A stretch of 55,015 nt of DNA, from NCBI GenBank assembly GCA_014874175.1, contig JACWAD010000024.1, positions 1-55,015 on the forward strand. The letters run 5' to 3'. The translations under genes were made by a program, and so were the position numbers. The DNA comes from Thermoleophilia bacterium. GTDB taxonomy: Bacteria > Actinomycetota > Thermoleophilia > BMS3ABIN01. This document shows positions 40,552-51,797 of the stretch, one piece after another; position 1 is the stretch's first letter; every line of letters begins with the position of its first letter. Under the pieces are notes generated by a model. It ran no database searches. It was given only the letters and a program-made list of their open reading frames with translations, and was not told the origin of the DNA.

Positions 40552-40638
40552 ACGGTTTCACAGCGGTCTCTCCGCGGCAGGCCGACGGGGAAGTGCCACG
40601 TTATTTCATTTTACTGGTCATACAATTCACTCAGGTTT

Positions 40639-40718
40639 TGTCATCCTGAGGAGCGCGAAGCGCGACGTAAGGATCTGCTTTCCGAAAAAGCAGATTCCGC
40701 GCTCGGCTCGGAATGACA
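40639..40718. repeat. REP-like element
   Basis: tgtcatcctgag...aaggatctgcttt...aaagcagattc...cggaatgaca. Confidence 0.8.
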
Positions 40719-40791
40719 ATCATGGGTGGACCTAAGCGATTGTATTATCGTTTTTAGATATTAATAACAAAAGTCGGAAGGAGGCTCGCAT

Positions 40792-42258
40792 ATGGACCTA
40801 AGTCTTGTCTCGAAAGGTAAGGGCGTGTTTAGCCGGGCGAAGCATGAGGCCGCCGAGCGCGTGCTGAGCCAGTCCCTGAAGGTGCTGGCCAACTCTTCTG
40901 ACAAAAATTACCAGCGCCTGGCGCAGGCTTTTGGCAAGCTAGCCGACAGCAGGCAGCAGAAAATGGTGGCCGACTGGATGAAAGATTACCTCGTGCCCGG
41001 CGGTCCCGGCGTCGCGTATTTTAACCGGCTGCTGGGGTCGGCGCACCCGAATGTGCGCAAGAATTATATCTCCAAGACAATCGTCAGCCTCTTTTTCCGC
41101 GATCCCAAGGTTTCAGTCCGCCTGATGGAAGAGGCAGGCATAAGCGCTCCCAACCTGATCGTCATCTCGCCGAGCATGCGCTGCAACATCAGCTGCGTGG
41201 GCTGCTACGCCGGAAAGTATACCAAGGCTGATGATCTTGACCCGGCCGTCGTGGACAGGGTTATTTCCGAGGCCAAGGAAATAGGCATAAAATTCTTTGT
41301 GATCACCGGCGGCGAGCCGTTCTTTTACAAGCCGCTGCTGGGTTTGATTGAAAAACATCACGACGCCGCCTTCCAGATTTACACCAACGGCACACTCATT
41401 GACGAGGAGATGGCGGACCGTATCGTCGAGCTGGGAAACATCGCCCCCGCCATCAGCATTGAAGGCTTTCAGAAGGAGACCGACGAGCGCCGGGGCGCCG
41501 GCACTTTTGACAAGGTGATGCGGGCGATGGACAACCTGCGCGAACGGGGCGCCATCTTTGCTTTCAGCACGACGGCATCGCGCAAGAACATTGACACGAT
41601 TGTCAGCGATGATTTCGTGCAGATGCTGATTGACAAGGGTTGCGCCTACGGCTGGTACTTTTCCTATGTGCCTATTGGCAAATCGCCTGATCTGGCGTAT
41701 ATGCCGTCCCCGAAGGAACGCAACAAGCTGCGCCAGGGCGTCAACCGCATCCGCAAGGAGCTTCCCATCCTGGTGGCCGACTTCTGGAACGACGGCACGC
41801 TCACGGGCGGATGCCTTGCGGCCGGCCGCAAGTACCTGCACATCAACAACCGCGGCGATGTTGAGCCCTGTGTTTTTGTCCATTTTGCCACTGACAATAT
41901 CAAGGATGTCTCGCTGCTGGAGGCGCTCAAATCACCATACTTCCAGTCAATAAGAAAAAGGCAGCCTTTTGGCCACAATCTTCTCAGGCCCTGCCCAATA
42001 ATTGATCATCCAGACGTGCTCCGAAGCGCCGTGGAAGAGCACGGCGCCTACGCGACGCATGAAGGGGCCGAGAGCGTCATCACCGATCTGCGCGCCGGCC
42101 TGGATGAATACGCCCGCGGCCTGGAAGAGGTCGCGGACCAGGTCTGGGAGAATGACTACCGGTGGGCCAGTGACTGGCTCGATGACGAGCAAAAGGCGGC
42201 CGCCGACCGGGCAGAGGCAATGAACAGTAGCGACGAGGAGCAGAAGGCGAAGGTATAG
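40792..42258 (+). CDS. Radical SAM protein with a SPASM/twitch-like C-terminus and an N-terminal extension
   Basis: CNISCVGC, TGGEP, YTNG and GC.A.GR.YLHIN..GDVEPC.F...RPCP motifs; RBS AAGGAGG. Confidence 0.92.
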   Translation: MDLSLVSKGKGVFSRAKHEAAERVLSQSLKVLANSSDKNYQRLAQAFGKLADSRQQKMVADWMKDYLVPGGPGVAYFNRLLGSAHPNVRKNYISKTIVSLFFRDPKVSVRLMEEAGISAPNLIVISPSMRCNISCVGCYAGKYTKADDLDPAVVDRVISEAKEIGIKFFVITGGEPFFYKPLLGLIEKHHDAAFQIYTNGTLIDEEMADRIVELGNIAPAISIEGFQKETDERRGAGTFDKVMRAMDNLRERGAIFAFSTTASRKNIDTIVSDDFVQMLIDKGCAYGWYFSYVPIGKSPDLAYMPSPKERNKLRQGVNRIRKELPILVADFWNDGTLTGGCLAAGRKYLHINNRGDVEPCVFVHFATDNIKDVSLLEALKSPYFQSIRKRQPFGHNLLRPCPIIDHPDVLRSAVEEHGAYATHEGAESVITDLRAGLDEYARGLEEVADQVWENDYRWASDWLDDEQKAAADRAEAMNSSDEEQKAKV

Positions 42259-42284
42259 CAAGCGTTTAAAAAGGCCGCAAACGT

Positions 42285-42312
42285 GCAGGGGCGCAGCATG
42301 CTGCGCCCCTGC
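42285..42312. repeat. Perfect 28-bp palindrome (GTAG-type REP-like); degenerate relative at about 37077-37123
   Basis: gcaggggcgcagca|tgctgcgcccctgc. Confidence 0.7.
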
Positions 42313-42333
42313 GTATCTTGAGGAACAGCAACA

Positions 42334-44067
42334 ATGAACAAATCACGCCTGCACAGCCAGAAGAGCAGGTGGGGCCCGGAAGTCGATCCGCTCAGGATCG
42401 GCTGCGGCTGGAAGCCGGAGGAGCTGGACAGGCCGTGGCTGCTGGTGGAATCAAGCGGCGGGGATTCCCACCCCGGCAGCGTGCATCTGGCCGGCCTGGC
42501 CGATGCCGCCGCCGGCGCAGCCCGGCGGTCGGGACTGGCGGCGGGGCGCTACTTTTGCACCGACATGTGCGACGGCATTGCCCAGGGAACTGAAGCCATG
42601 ATGTACTCGCTGGCCTCGCGGGAGTTGATCGCCATGGCGGTGGAGCTTCACTTCGTCAGCGGGCATTTCGATGGCCTGCTGGCAGTCTCTGGTTGCGACA
42701 AGGCCATTCCCGGGCATCTGCTGGCCGCAGCGCGGCTGGACAGCCCTTCGGTCTTCCTGCCCGGTGGGGTGATGCATACCGGGCCGGGTGATGTCTCCGT
42801 TGACATGATGGGCGAACTGTATGCACGCCTGAAGCGCGGCGAGATCGACGAGCAGCAGTACAAGTACCACAGTTTAACTGCCGCACCAAACGCGGGCGCC
42901 TGCAATTTCCTTGGCACCGCCGTCACCATGCAGATCCTGACTGAGGCGCTGGGAATGGCGCCGCCCGGCTCGGCCTGCTGCCCAACAACTTCCGCCGAGC
43001 TGGACAGATACGCCCGTGCTGCCGGGCGCCTGGCCGCCTCTTTGATCGGGGCGGGCACCACACCCCGGGACATCATTACGCCGGCTGCGCTTGGCAACGC
43101 CCTTGTGGTTCATGCCTCCGCCGGCGGCTCAACCAACGCCATGCTGCATCTGCCGGCGCTGGCGGCTGAACTGGGGATAGAGTTTTCCTGGGACGCGGTC
43201 AACCGGATTAATGAGAAAGTGCCGTGGCTGCTTAACGTGAGGCCATCCGGTGAGCATACCGCGGACCTGTTCTGGTATGCCGGCGGCGTGCCGCGTCTGA
43301 TGCTCGAGATCAGCGACCTTCTGGATTTGGATGTATTGACCGTCACCGGCAGGACTCTGGGAGAAAATCTGGAAACTGCCGCCGCCGGGGAAATGATTGA
43401 GAAGCACAGCCGCGGGCTTGACCGCTTTGGCCTTGACGCGGAAGACGTAATCAGGCGGCGCAGCGATCCACTCGACGGGCGAGGCGGGCTCGTGGTCATG
43501 TCCGGCAACCTGGCGCCGCGGCGGGCCGTGGCCAAGCGCTCCGCCGTTTCTGCAAAGATGATGCGGTTCGAGGGCCGGGCGCGGGTTTTTGACGGACAGG
43601 CGCAGGCGCTGGAAGCGGTTCTGGCCGGCGCCGTCAGGCCTGGCGATGTTGTCGTTGTCCGTTATGAGGGACCGCGCGCCACCGGAATGCCGGAGATGTT
43701 CTACCTGACTGCCGCCCTGGCCGCCGATAGGGCGCTGGGGGAAGGCGCAGCCCTGGTTACGGACGGGCGCTTCTCCGGAGCCACTCGGGGGCCCTGTGTC
43801 GGCCATGTCTGCCCGGAAGCAGCGGCAGGCGGCCCCGTTGCCGCCGTGCGCGACGGCGATCTGGTCAGGATCGACCTTGACGCCGGCACGCTTGACCTGA
43901 TGGGCGAGGCGGGCACGCGCCGCTCAGGCGCTGAAATGGAGGCTGTAATCGCCGAGCGTCTTTCCCTGCTGGAGCCGTTCAGGCCGCCGCCGCGCGCGGG
44001 CCTGCTGGAACTGTACACCCGCCTGGCCGCGCCCGCTAATGAAGGAGCCCGCCTACTGCTTCTCTGA
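42334..44067 (+). CDS. ilvD: IlvD/Edd family dehydratase
   Basis: CDG, GCDK..PG, GAC..LGTA.TM, GGSTN..LHL, YEGP...GMPEM and TDGRFSGAT motifs. Confidence 0.85.
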   Translation: MNKSRLHSQKSRWGPEVDPLRIGCGWKPEELDRPWLLVESSGGDSHPGSVHLAGLADAAAGAARRSGLAAGRYFCTDMCDGIAQGTEAMMYSLASRELIAMAVELHFVSGHFDGLLAVSGCDKAIPGHLLAAARLDSPSVFLPGGVMHTGPGDVSVDMMGELYARLKRGEIDEQQYKYHSLTAAPNAGACNFLGTAVTMQILTEALGMAPPGSACCPTTSAELDRYARAAGRLAASLIGAGTTPRDIITPAALGNALVVHASAGGSTNAMLHLPALAAELGIEFSWDAVNRINEKVPWLLNVRPSGEHTADLFWYAGGVPRLMLEISDLLDLDVLTVTGRTLGENLETAAAGEMIEKHSRGLDRFGLDAEDVIRRRSDPLDGRGGLVVMSGNLAPRRAVAKRSAVSAKMMRFEGRARVFDGQAQALEAVLAGAVRPGDVVVVRYEGPRATGMPEMFYLTAALAADRALGEGAALVTDGRFSGATRGPCVGHVCPEAAAGGPVAAVRDGDLVRIDLDAGTLDLMGEAGTRRSGAEMEAVIAERLSLLEPFRPPPRAGLLELYTRLAAPANEGARLLLL

Positions 44068-44243
44068 GGCGAAGCTGAAGGATCTCGGGTTAAAACCCGG
44101 ATTCTTCGGCGCCTGAGCCTGCCCCGAGCGAAGCCGACGGGACGATTATATTTGTTATCCTGAGGCACTCGAAGGGTGCCGATGGATCTGCTTTTAATGG
44201 GAAGCAGATTCTTCGCCGCGTTTGCCCGGCTCGGAATGGTAAC
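44064..44243. repeat. Two adjacent REP-like elements; the first contains the ilvD stop codon
   Basis: ctgaggcgaagctgaaggatct...gattcttcg; gttatcctgagg...ggatctgctt...aagcagattcttcg...cggaatggtaac. Confidence 0.75.
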
Positions 44244-44326
44244 TTCCCTCATCATCTTCGCTACTCTGTTGCTGTGCCCGGTTCTTGCCGACAGCTAAAT
44301 TAGCAGGAGGTTTTCATTTTTTTATC

Positions 44327-46804
44327 ATGGCCAACTTGGTTAACACGCGTGAACTGACCCGGAAATGGCTGCTGCGGACGCCGGCGCTCGTCCGGGCCAG
44401 GCTTGGCATCACAAAAAAAAGAAAAGTCAAAAAGCCGTCTGCCGGAACCGGGCTCAGGTACCGGATCAAGTTTCAGATTCGCACCCGCCAGAAGAGCGGC
44501 ATCGTTGTCAGGGACCTGGTCATCGTCTTTATCATTTTTGCCGTGATGCTGGTGCTGACCTCGGTGCTGGACATGCACGGCTCTTTTGAGGCAGCTTCGC
44601 TTGAGCTCAAAGGCAGCCCCGTTCAATATGACGAAATCATTGTGGCGCTGGCGGTGACTGCGGCCGCCTTGAGCGCGTTTGCGGTGAGGCGCTGGCGTGA
44701 GCTGGAGACAGAGATAGACGAGCGTCTTGGCGTCGAAGACGCCCTTTCCGAGAGCGAGGAGCGCTACCGCACCCTGGCGGAGGCTGACCAGGACTTTATT
44801 TTCATTCTCGGCCGTGACGGACACATCCGCTATGTAAACAGTTACGCCGCCCGCCAGCTGGAGATGCCGCCCGCAAGGATCGTGGGCCAGCCGGCAGAAG
44901 AGATCCTCCCCGCCGGACTGGCAGGCAAGGACAGGCTTGACCTGATGCACGTCTTTGATGAAGCGCAGCCGCTGCGCCTGGAGACGAGCGCCGTCTTCGA
45001 CGGCCGCGAGGCCTGGCTGAGCACAGCCCTTGTTCCCGTTTTTAATGAGGAGGGGAAAGTCGGCTCAGTGCTTGGAATTGCACGCGATATTACCGAGCGC
45101 AAGCTGGCGGAAGACGAGCTCAGGCGGGCGCATGACATCCTGGAAGAAACGGTTGCCCAGCGGACCGCCGAGCTCGAGAGGGTTAACGAAACGCTGAAGA
45201 ACGAGCTTGAGCAGAAAAGGAAGGCGGAGGAAAAGCTCAGGGCTGCAAACAGGGCGCTGAGAGCATCGACCGCCTCGCATCATGCGCTCCTTGATGCTGT
45301 TGCTGAACCGGAGCTGCTTCGCGATATCTGCCGCGTGGTCGTGGAAGTTGGCGGTTACCGTTTTGCCTGGGTTGGCTTTGCTGAAAATGACGCGGAAAAA
45401 ACCATCAGGCCGGTGGCTTCGGCAGGCTACGAAAAAGGGTTTCTGGAATCGGTCCGCATGAGCTGGGCTGATGCCTCACCCGGACAGGGCCCCGGAGGAG
45501 AAGCGATCAGGACCGGCGAGCCCAGTGTTGTCAGGGACATAGACCAGGATCGGGGCTATTTTTCCTGGCGTCGGCAGGCGCGCCGGCGGAGCTACGCCTC
45601 CACGGTGGCGTTGCCGCTTAAGGCAAACGGTGAGACGTTTGGAGTACTAAACATTTACGCCGCCCAGAAAGACGCATTTGATGATGAGGAAGTAAAGTTA
45701 CTGGGGGATATGGCCGGCGACCTTTCCTACGGGCTGGGCGCTCTTAAGACCAAAGGGGAAAGAGATAACCAGGCGGTGGCGTTAAAGCGCAGCGGCGAGC
45801 AGCTGTCGCTGCTTCTGGAATCGCTGCCAATCATTTTCTATAAGTCAAAAGCCGACTCTGATTTTGGCGTCCAGTATGTAAGCGACAATGTCCGTGTCCT
45901 GGCCGGTTATACGCCGGATCAGATTGTGGCGGATTCTTCTTTCTGGGTCGACCGGATTCATCCTGACGACGCGCCCCGCATTTTTGAGGATCAGGGAGAG
46001 GTTTTTGACGGCGGCCTGCATGAACATGAATACCGCTGGCGGACGGCCGGCGGCGCATATAAATAGTTTCTTGATGTTCACCGTCTGCTGCGCAGGCCTG
46101 GCGGCAGCGGGGGCGACCACATCGTTGGCATGTGGCTGGACATCACCTCCCGGAAAACAGGGGAAGCGGCTTTGCTAAAGGTCAAGGAAGAGCTGGAACA
46201 GGGCGCAGCCAGCCGCGATCAGGAGTTAAAGGAGGCGCGGCAGAAACTGGCCGAGCGCAAACGCGAGCTTGACAAAGCCAGGCGCCGCGAGGACGTATCA
46301 GGCCGGATGGAACATGTTCTGCAAAGTTGCCTGAAACCCTCCGAGGTTCTCGCAGTTTTTACCCAGTTTGCAGCGGAGCTGTTCCCGGAGCAGTCCGGAG
46401 CCGTCTATATCTTTAATGTCGGCAAACGGGTGTATGAGTCTGCGGCATTCTGGGGGAGAAACCCGCCCGCGGCAAGGAAATTTGCCTGGCAGGACTGCTG
46501 GTCGCTCAGGCGGCAGCAGATGCACGTGGCGGCCGGTGAGGCGGTGCGCTGCCGCCATGTGCGGGAGAAAACGCGCCACATCTGCGTTCCTTTGAAAGCA
46601 GCCGGCCTTGTAATCGGCGTGCTGAGCGTTCTTGTCCCCGCCGTGCCGGGCTGTGCGTCTGCAGGCAAAGACGCTGTTTCTGACGCCGCCGCCACGGCTG
46701 GGGAAGCAGCAGACCGCCTGAGCATGGCCCTCTATAACCTGAAACTGCGCGAGCTCCTGAAAGATAACTCCTTAAAAGACCCTTTCAGCGCCGATCTCAA
46801 ATAG
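44327..46804 (+). pseudogene. Membrane PAS-GAF-PAS-GAF sensor with an in-frame TAG (46064) and no output domain; probable decayed diguanylate cyclase
   Basis: ORFs 44285-46066 and 46130-46804 are in the same frame; GAYK*FLD lies in a PAC motif where W is expected; the protein ends LKDPFS, resembling the DPLTG entry into a GGDEF domain. Confidence 0.75.
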
Positions 46805-46831
46805 CCAGGCAGCGGGTTGTTTACACCGGGT

Positions 46832-48031
46832 TCAGGCCAGCTCGGGGTCGCCGCTTATAAATTTTTGCATCAGCTCCCAGCCGTGCTCCAACATCAGGCC
46901 CCAGCGCGCGGCGCTATGTTCATTAAAGGCCTGACCGGCATTGCCGGGAAGGCCCGGCCTGTAAATCAGGAAGGGCACGGGATCAGCCGTATGGGTGCCG
47001 GCGTCGACCGGCGTGGCATGATCGGGCAGCACCATGATCCGGTAATCGGGCCCAAATGGCATCTCCTGAAGGAGCGTGCCCACCAGATCGCGGTCAAAGC
47101 GCTCGATCGCCCGCACTTTCTCCCTGGTGTTGCCCATATGCGCCGCCTCGTCGGGGGCTTCCACGTGCACGTAAACGAAATCCCGCCGTTCCAGGGCCAT
47201 CAGGGCATGGACGGCCTTTGCCCGGTAGTCCGTGTCCAGATAACCGGTGGCTCCCGGCACGCTGATGACATCAAGGCCGGCGTATTTGCCCAGCCCCTTG
47301 ACCAGATCAACCGCGGAGATCACGGAGCCGCTGAGCCCAAAGCGCTCCTTGAAAGCAGGAAGGCGGGGGGCCGTTCCCTGCCCCCAGAGCCAGACCATGT
47401 TGGCGGGGGCCCTTCCCTGGCGAAGCCGCTCCCGGTTGACCGGATGGTCTTCAAGCAGGGGCGCCGACGCCTGCATCAGCTGTCTCAGCCAGGCGCCATC
47501 CTCGCCGCCGGGCAGGTGATCAGCTATGGGCCTGCCGGTAATGTCGTGCGGAGGCGTGCACTCTGCTTTAAGGCCACGCCCGGGGGAGACCATGATGTGT
47601 CTGTAGCTTAAGCCGGGGAAGAAAGATGCGTCTTCGCTGCCGATCTGCTCCTGCAGAAACCTGATCAGGACGGCTGCTTCCTCCGTGCCGATGTGGCCGG
47701 CGGCGAAATCGCGCATCACCCCGTTTTCAACATAAACAAGGTTGCATCGGAAGGCGACGTCAGCTGGGCCGAGGCTGATGTCCAGGCTTGCCGCTTCAAG
47801 GGGGGCCCGGCCTGTGTAATAAAGGTGAGGGTTATAACCGAGGACGCAGAGGTTGGCAACATCGCTGCCGGGAGAAAATCCCGCCGGGATGGTGCTCACC
47901 GTTCCCAGAACGCCGGCTCGGGCCAGGCGGTCCAGATTGGCTGTGGCCGCCCCTTCCAGGGGCGTTTTGCCGCCCAGCTCCGGGCAGGAATTGTCGGCCG
48001 CTCCGTCAGGGATGAGCACGAGGTATTTCAT
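46832..48031 (-). CDS. apgM: ApgM-type cofactor-independent phosphoglycerate mutase family protein (proposed homoserine kinase role)
   Basis: DGAAD, GKTPLE, PGSDVAN, HVEAPDEAAH and PDHATP motifs; third gene of the hom-thrC operon. Confidence 0.88.
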   Translation of the reverse strand: MKYLVLIPDGAADNSCPELGGKTPLEGAATANLDRLARAGVLGTVSTIPAGFSPGSDVANLCVLGYNPHLYYTGRAPLEAASLDISLGPADVAFRCNLVYVENGVMRDFAAGHIGTEEAAVLIRFLQEQIGSEDASFFPGLSYRHIMVSPGRGLKAECTPPHDITGRPIADHLPGGEDGAWLRQLMQASAPLLEDHPVNRERLRQGRAPANMVWLWGQGTAPRLPAFKERFGLSGSVISAVDLVKGLGKYAGLDVISVPGATGYLDTDYRAKAVHALMALERRDFVYVHVEAPDEAAHMGNTREKVRAIERFDRDLVGTLLQEMPFGPDYRIMVLPDHATPVDAGTHTADPVPFLIYRPGLPGNAGQAFNEHSAARWGLMLEHGWELMQKFISGDPELA

Positions 48032-48033
48032 GA

Positions 48034-48061
48034 ACGTTTCACGCTTAACGTTTCACGCTTA
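48034..48061 (+). repeat. Heptamer array
   Basis: acgtttc acgctta acgtttc acgctta. Confidence 0.7.
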
Positions 48062-48124
48062 TGAACAAATATAATGCTGGTCATCTGTTCTTCCAAGATA
48101 GCCGGCGATCTGCATGGCCTGATG

Positions 48125-49192
48125 TCAGGAAAAGGCGAGGACATCGGCCACGCGGCTGAAGCTAGCTTCCACCCGGGTGACGGGACGGCCGGTGCTGATG
48201 GCGGTGTCCGGGTCCTTGAGGCCGTGGCCGGTAAGCACGCAAACAACGCTTTCTCCCCCCGCGAACAGCCCTTCCCTTTTTTTCTTGATTACGCCGGCAA
48301 GACTCGCCGCCGAGGCCGGCTCGCAGAAGGTTCCTTCCCTGGCGGCCGCCAGGTGGTAAGCATCAATGAGTTCTTCATCGGTGACAGAGTCGATCAGCCC
48401 GCCGGAGTCGCGCGCCGCCTCCAGCGCCTGCTCGCCGCGGGCCGGGTTGCCGATCCGGATTGCTGTGGCAATTGTATCCGGGTTGTCAACGGGGTGGCCG
48501 GCGACCAGGGGAGCAGCGCCGGCAGCCTGAAAACCTAGCATCCGCGGCAAGCTGCCTGACAGGCCTGCGTCTTGGTACTCGTTAAACCCCTGCCAGTAGG
48601 CGCTGATATTGCCGGCGTTTCCAACCGGGATGGCTAGAAAGTCCGGCGCGCCGCCCAGGCTGTCGACAATCTCAAAAGCTCCTGTTTTCTGTCCTTCAAT
48701 GCGGTAAGGGTTGATCGAGTTGACCAGCGTCACGGGGAATTTGTCAACGATCTCCCTGACGATGGCGAGAGCCTGGTCGAAGTTGCCGGCCACCGCCAGC
48801 ACCTCGGCCCCGTGCGTGACCGCCTGGGCCAGCTTGCCGGCGGCAATCTTGCCTTCCGGGATGATGACAATGGAGCGGATGCCGGCGCGGCCGGCGTAAG
48901 CCGCAGCCGCCGCCGAGGTGTTTCCGGTGGAGGCGCAGATAACCGCGGTGGCCCCCTCTTCCACTGCCTTGGAGACGGACAGGGTCATGCCCCTGTCCTT
49001 GAAGCTGCCGGTGGGATTGAGGCCTTCCAGCTTCAGGTAAAGGTTCAGGCCAAGCTCATCGCCCAGCCGCTGCGCCCTTACAAGCGGCGTATTTCCTTCC
49101 CCCAGGGAGACAATGGGAGTCCTGGCGGAAACCGGCAGAAAGCGACGGTACCTGTCGATCAGGGGCAGGTTGCGGTCACTCGCCGCCGTCAT
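48125..49192 (-). CDS. thrC: Threonine synthase
   Basis: [30 protein letters not shown] and TGHGLKD motifs. Confidence 0.96.
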   Translation of the reverse strand: MTAASDRNLPLIDRYRRFLPVSARTPIVSLGEGNTPLVRAQRLGDELGLNLYLKLEGLNPTGSFKDRGMTLSVSKAVEEGATAVICASTGNTSAAAAAYAGRAGIRSIVIIPEGKIAAGKLAQAVTHGAEVLAVAGNFDQALAIVREIVDKFPVTLVNSINPYRIEGQKTGAFEIVDSLGGAPDFLAIPVGNAGNISAYWQGFNEYQDAGLSGSLPRMLGFQAAGAAPLVAGHPVDNPDTIATAIRIGNPARGEQALEAARDSGGLIDSVTDEELIDAYHLAAAREGTFCEPASAASLAGVIKKKREGLFAGGESVVCVLTGHGLKDPDTAISTGRPVTRVEASFSRVADVLAFS

Positions 49193-50477
49193 GACTGCCT
49201 TCAACCCGGATGGGCCTGGGGGTGGACTTTACTACATCGAGCCTGCCAGCCTCATTAATTGCGGCCGCGAACCGGGCTTCCTTGACAGGATGGAAGACCA
49301 TCACCAGTTCGGCCCGGGCGCCGCGTCCCTTCTGGATCACGCTTTGTATGCTCACGCCGTGCTTGCCAAAGGCGCTGGCGATGGCGGCCAGCACTCCCGG
49401 CTCGTCCTCAACCTCCAGGCGCAGGTAAAACGTGGAGACGACCTCTTCGTCGGGAAAGAACTCAAGGCTACGGTATGCAACCGGATACTCGAGGAAGCCG
49501 GGAGATTCCCGCCGGGCAACTACCGAGACTATGTCGCTGACCACGGCGGAGGCTGTCTCCATGCCGCCGGCGCCTGGCCCGGACAGCATGATCTCATCTA
49601 TGGCTGCTCCCTTGAGGAAGACGGCGTTATTGGCTCCACTCACAGAAGCCAGGGGATGATCCTTTTTAATCAGCGCAGGATACACGCGGACGTTAATCCT
49701 GTCGTTGTAGAGCCGTGCCACCCCGAGCAGCTTCACGGAAAAGCCAAGGTCTTGCGCGTAAGCGATGTCCAGCCGGCTGACATTCTCGATGCCGGTGCAG
49801 GCGACGTCATCCAGGCCGACACTGGTGTGGTAGGCTATCGACGCCAGGATTGCCATCTTGGCGGCGGCGTCTTTGCCGCTGATGTCTTCGCTGGGATCGG
49901 CCTCTGCATAGCCCCATTCCTGCGCCCGCGCCAGGGCGTCGCCGTAGCGGGCGCCGGTGCGGCTCATCTCCGTGAGGATGAAGTTGGTTGTGCCGTTGAC
50001 GATCCCGTAGATTCTCTTCAGGCCCGCGGCCACCATTGACTCGCGCAGCACTTTTATCACGGGGATGGCTCCGGCGACACTGGCTTCGAATCTGATCTGC
50101 GTCTTTTTGTCCTGGGCCAGCTTGAAAAGGTAAAACCCTTGCCGCGAAAGCAGCTGCTTGTTGGCGGTGACAACCGCCTTGCCGTGCTCGAGAGCGGCAG
50201 AAACGTAATCAAAAGCGGGCTCGATGCCGCCGATCAGCTCCACCACGATCGAGATGCCGGCGTCACCGAGGATGTCATCGAAATTACCGGTGAAAAGCTC
50301 CGCTGGGGCCCCCGGGCGGGGCAGCGCCGGGTCGCGCACCAGTATTTTGGCGATGGAGATGGAAGCCCCGGTTGCTTTTTCTATCTCGCCGGCCTGGCCT
50401 TCAAGCAGTGAGTAGACGTTCGAGCCCACTGTTCCGTATCCAAGCAGGCCGATATTTATTTTTTTCGAGGGCTCCAA
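49176..50477 (-). CDS. hom: Homoserine dehydrogenase with an ACT domain
   Basis: [35 protein letters not shown] and GPGAG motifs. Confidence 0.96.
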   Translation of the reverse strand: MEPSKKINIGLLGYGTVGSNVYSLLEGQAGEIEKATGASISIAKILVRDPALPRPGAPAELFTGNFDDILGDAGISIVVELIGGIEPAFDYVSAALEHGKAVVTANKQLLSRQGFYLFKLAQDKKTQIRFEASVAGAIPVIKVLRESMVAAGLKRIYGIVNGTTNFILTEMSRTGARYGDALARAQEWGYAEADPSEDISGKDAAAKMAILASIAYHTSVGLDDVACTGIENVSRLDIAYAQDLGFSVKLLGVARLYNDRINVRVYPALIKKDHPLASVSGANNAVFLKGAAIDEIMLSGPGAGGMETASAVVSDIVSVVARRESPGFLEYPVAYRSLEFFPDEEVVSTFYLRLEVEDEPGVLAAIASAFGKHGVSIQSVIQKGRGARAELVMVFHPVKEARFAAAINEAGRLDVVKSTPRPIRVEGSHDGGE

Positions 50478-50606
50478 TTCGCACCCGCATGTTGATAGCC
50501 TGGTTGACCGTGGCTCTTATAGCCAAGGCCAAATACTATCAGGAGAAAGTATCAGGAAAAAGGGGGAGGTGAAAGTTTGCTCTGGCGCATTCTTTTGCGC
50601 CTGAAG

Positions 50607-51797
50607 CTAGAGGCGGCAGGCTCCGGCGAAATCTCCTCCCGGGCCGCCGACGCTGGCGATTGAAACTACCCCGCCCGGGTAAGGCGCATGAATCATCTTG
50701 CCACCGCCGATATAGATGCCAACGTGGCTGATCGGCTGGTAGAAAAATACCAGGTCGCCTGGCTGGAGCTGGGAATAGGAAATCGGAGTGCCGGAGTAAT
50801 ACTGCGCCGCTGCCGAATGCGGCAGACTAATGCCAAGCTGGGCGTAAACATACATGACCAGTCCTGAGCAGTCAAAGCCGCCGGGAGAGGCGCCGCCCCA
50901 AACGTAAGGGACGCCCAGGTATTTCATGGCGATGGCGACAGCGCCCCCGGCAGTTGAAGGTGGCGGCGCCGGCGAAGGCGCCGGTCCGGGAGCCGGAGCC
51001 GGCGGCGCTGGCGCAGGCGCCGGTCCGGGAGCCGGAGCCGGGTTTTGAGGCGGACTGGGGGACTGGGCCGGCGCAGCCGGCCCAGTCCCCGCCGCACCCG
51101 GTCCTCCCGTAACGGCTCCGCCGGCCGGGGCCGGCCCCTGCCATTGTTGTTGCTCCTGCTGGGCGACTATCTGGGCTATGTCGCCCTTAACGCTTGAGAG
51201 AACCGCCTGACGGGCCGCCAGCTGGGACTCCACCTTGGCGCGCTGGTTCGACAGCTCCTTAAGGATCTCCTGCTGCTTCTGCCGGGTCCCTGTAAGGCCG
51301 GCCTTAGTTTTTTCCACCTCCGCCTTGTATCCCAGCACTGCCTCGAAGTCGCGCCGGTCCTGATCGCTAATTTTGCCAAGTAGATCGAACCGGGCAATAA
51401 AATCGCCGAAACTTTGAGTGCTTAAGATGACGTCAAGCATGCTCAGCCTGCCGTCGCGGTAGATGCCGGCGAGGCGTTTGCCTAGCCTGGCCTGAGCCAC
51501 CCCCAGTTTTGACTGGGCATCGCTTAAGGATTTCTCGTTGTCGGCAATCTTCTGGTTGGTGCTGGCCAGCTCGACATTGGCCTGGTCATAGCCCTCGACG
51601 GCCTGCTCGGCGCTTTGATTGATCGTAGCTATTTCGGCCTCGATTTTGGCAGCCTCTGCCTGCTTCGCTGCCAGGTCGTCCGGCGAGGCCAGAGCCGGGG
51701 CCAGCAGGTTAGAGAAAACGGCCAGGCTGACGGCGGCAACGACTGCCAGAATCCCGTACCGCAGGTATTTTGAATTTCCCTGCCCTGTTATTTTCAT
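50607..51797 (-). CDS. Second secreted NlpC/P60 endopeptidase with a coiled coil and a Pro/Ala linker
   Basis: Signal peptide, PAP repeats, YLGVPYVWGG..GFDCSGL and HVGIY motifs. Confidence 0.92.
   Translation of the reverse strand: MKITGQGNSKYLRYGILAVVAAVSLAVFSNLLAPALASPDDLAAKQAEAAKIEAEIATINQSAEQAVEGYDQANVELASTNQKIADNEKSLSDAQSKLGVAQARLGKRLAGIYRDGRLSMLDVILSTQSFGDFIARFDLLGKISDQDRRDFEAVLGYKAEVEKTKAGLTGTRQKQQEILKELSNQRAKVESQLAARQAVLSSVKGDIAQIVAQQEQQQWQGPAPAGGAVTGGPGAAGTGPAAPAQSPSPPQNPAPAPGPAPAPAPPAPAPGPAPSPAPPPSTAGGAVAIAMKYLGVPYVWGGASPGGFDCSGLVMYVYAQLGISLPHSAAAQYYSGTPISYSQLQPGDLVFFYQPISHVGIYIGGGKMIHAPYPGGVVSIASVGGPGGDFAGACRL

Noticed and set aside
46064-46066. Amber reassignment or pyrrolysine read-through
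   Set aside because: TAG is the normal stop of recJ, fusA, lysA, tpiA and pilT here, and the position corresponds to a conserved Trp, so a point mutation or sequencing error is simpler.
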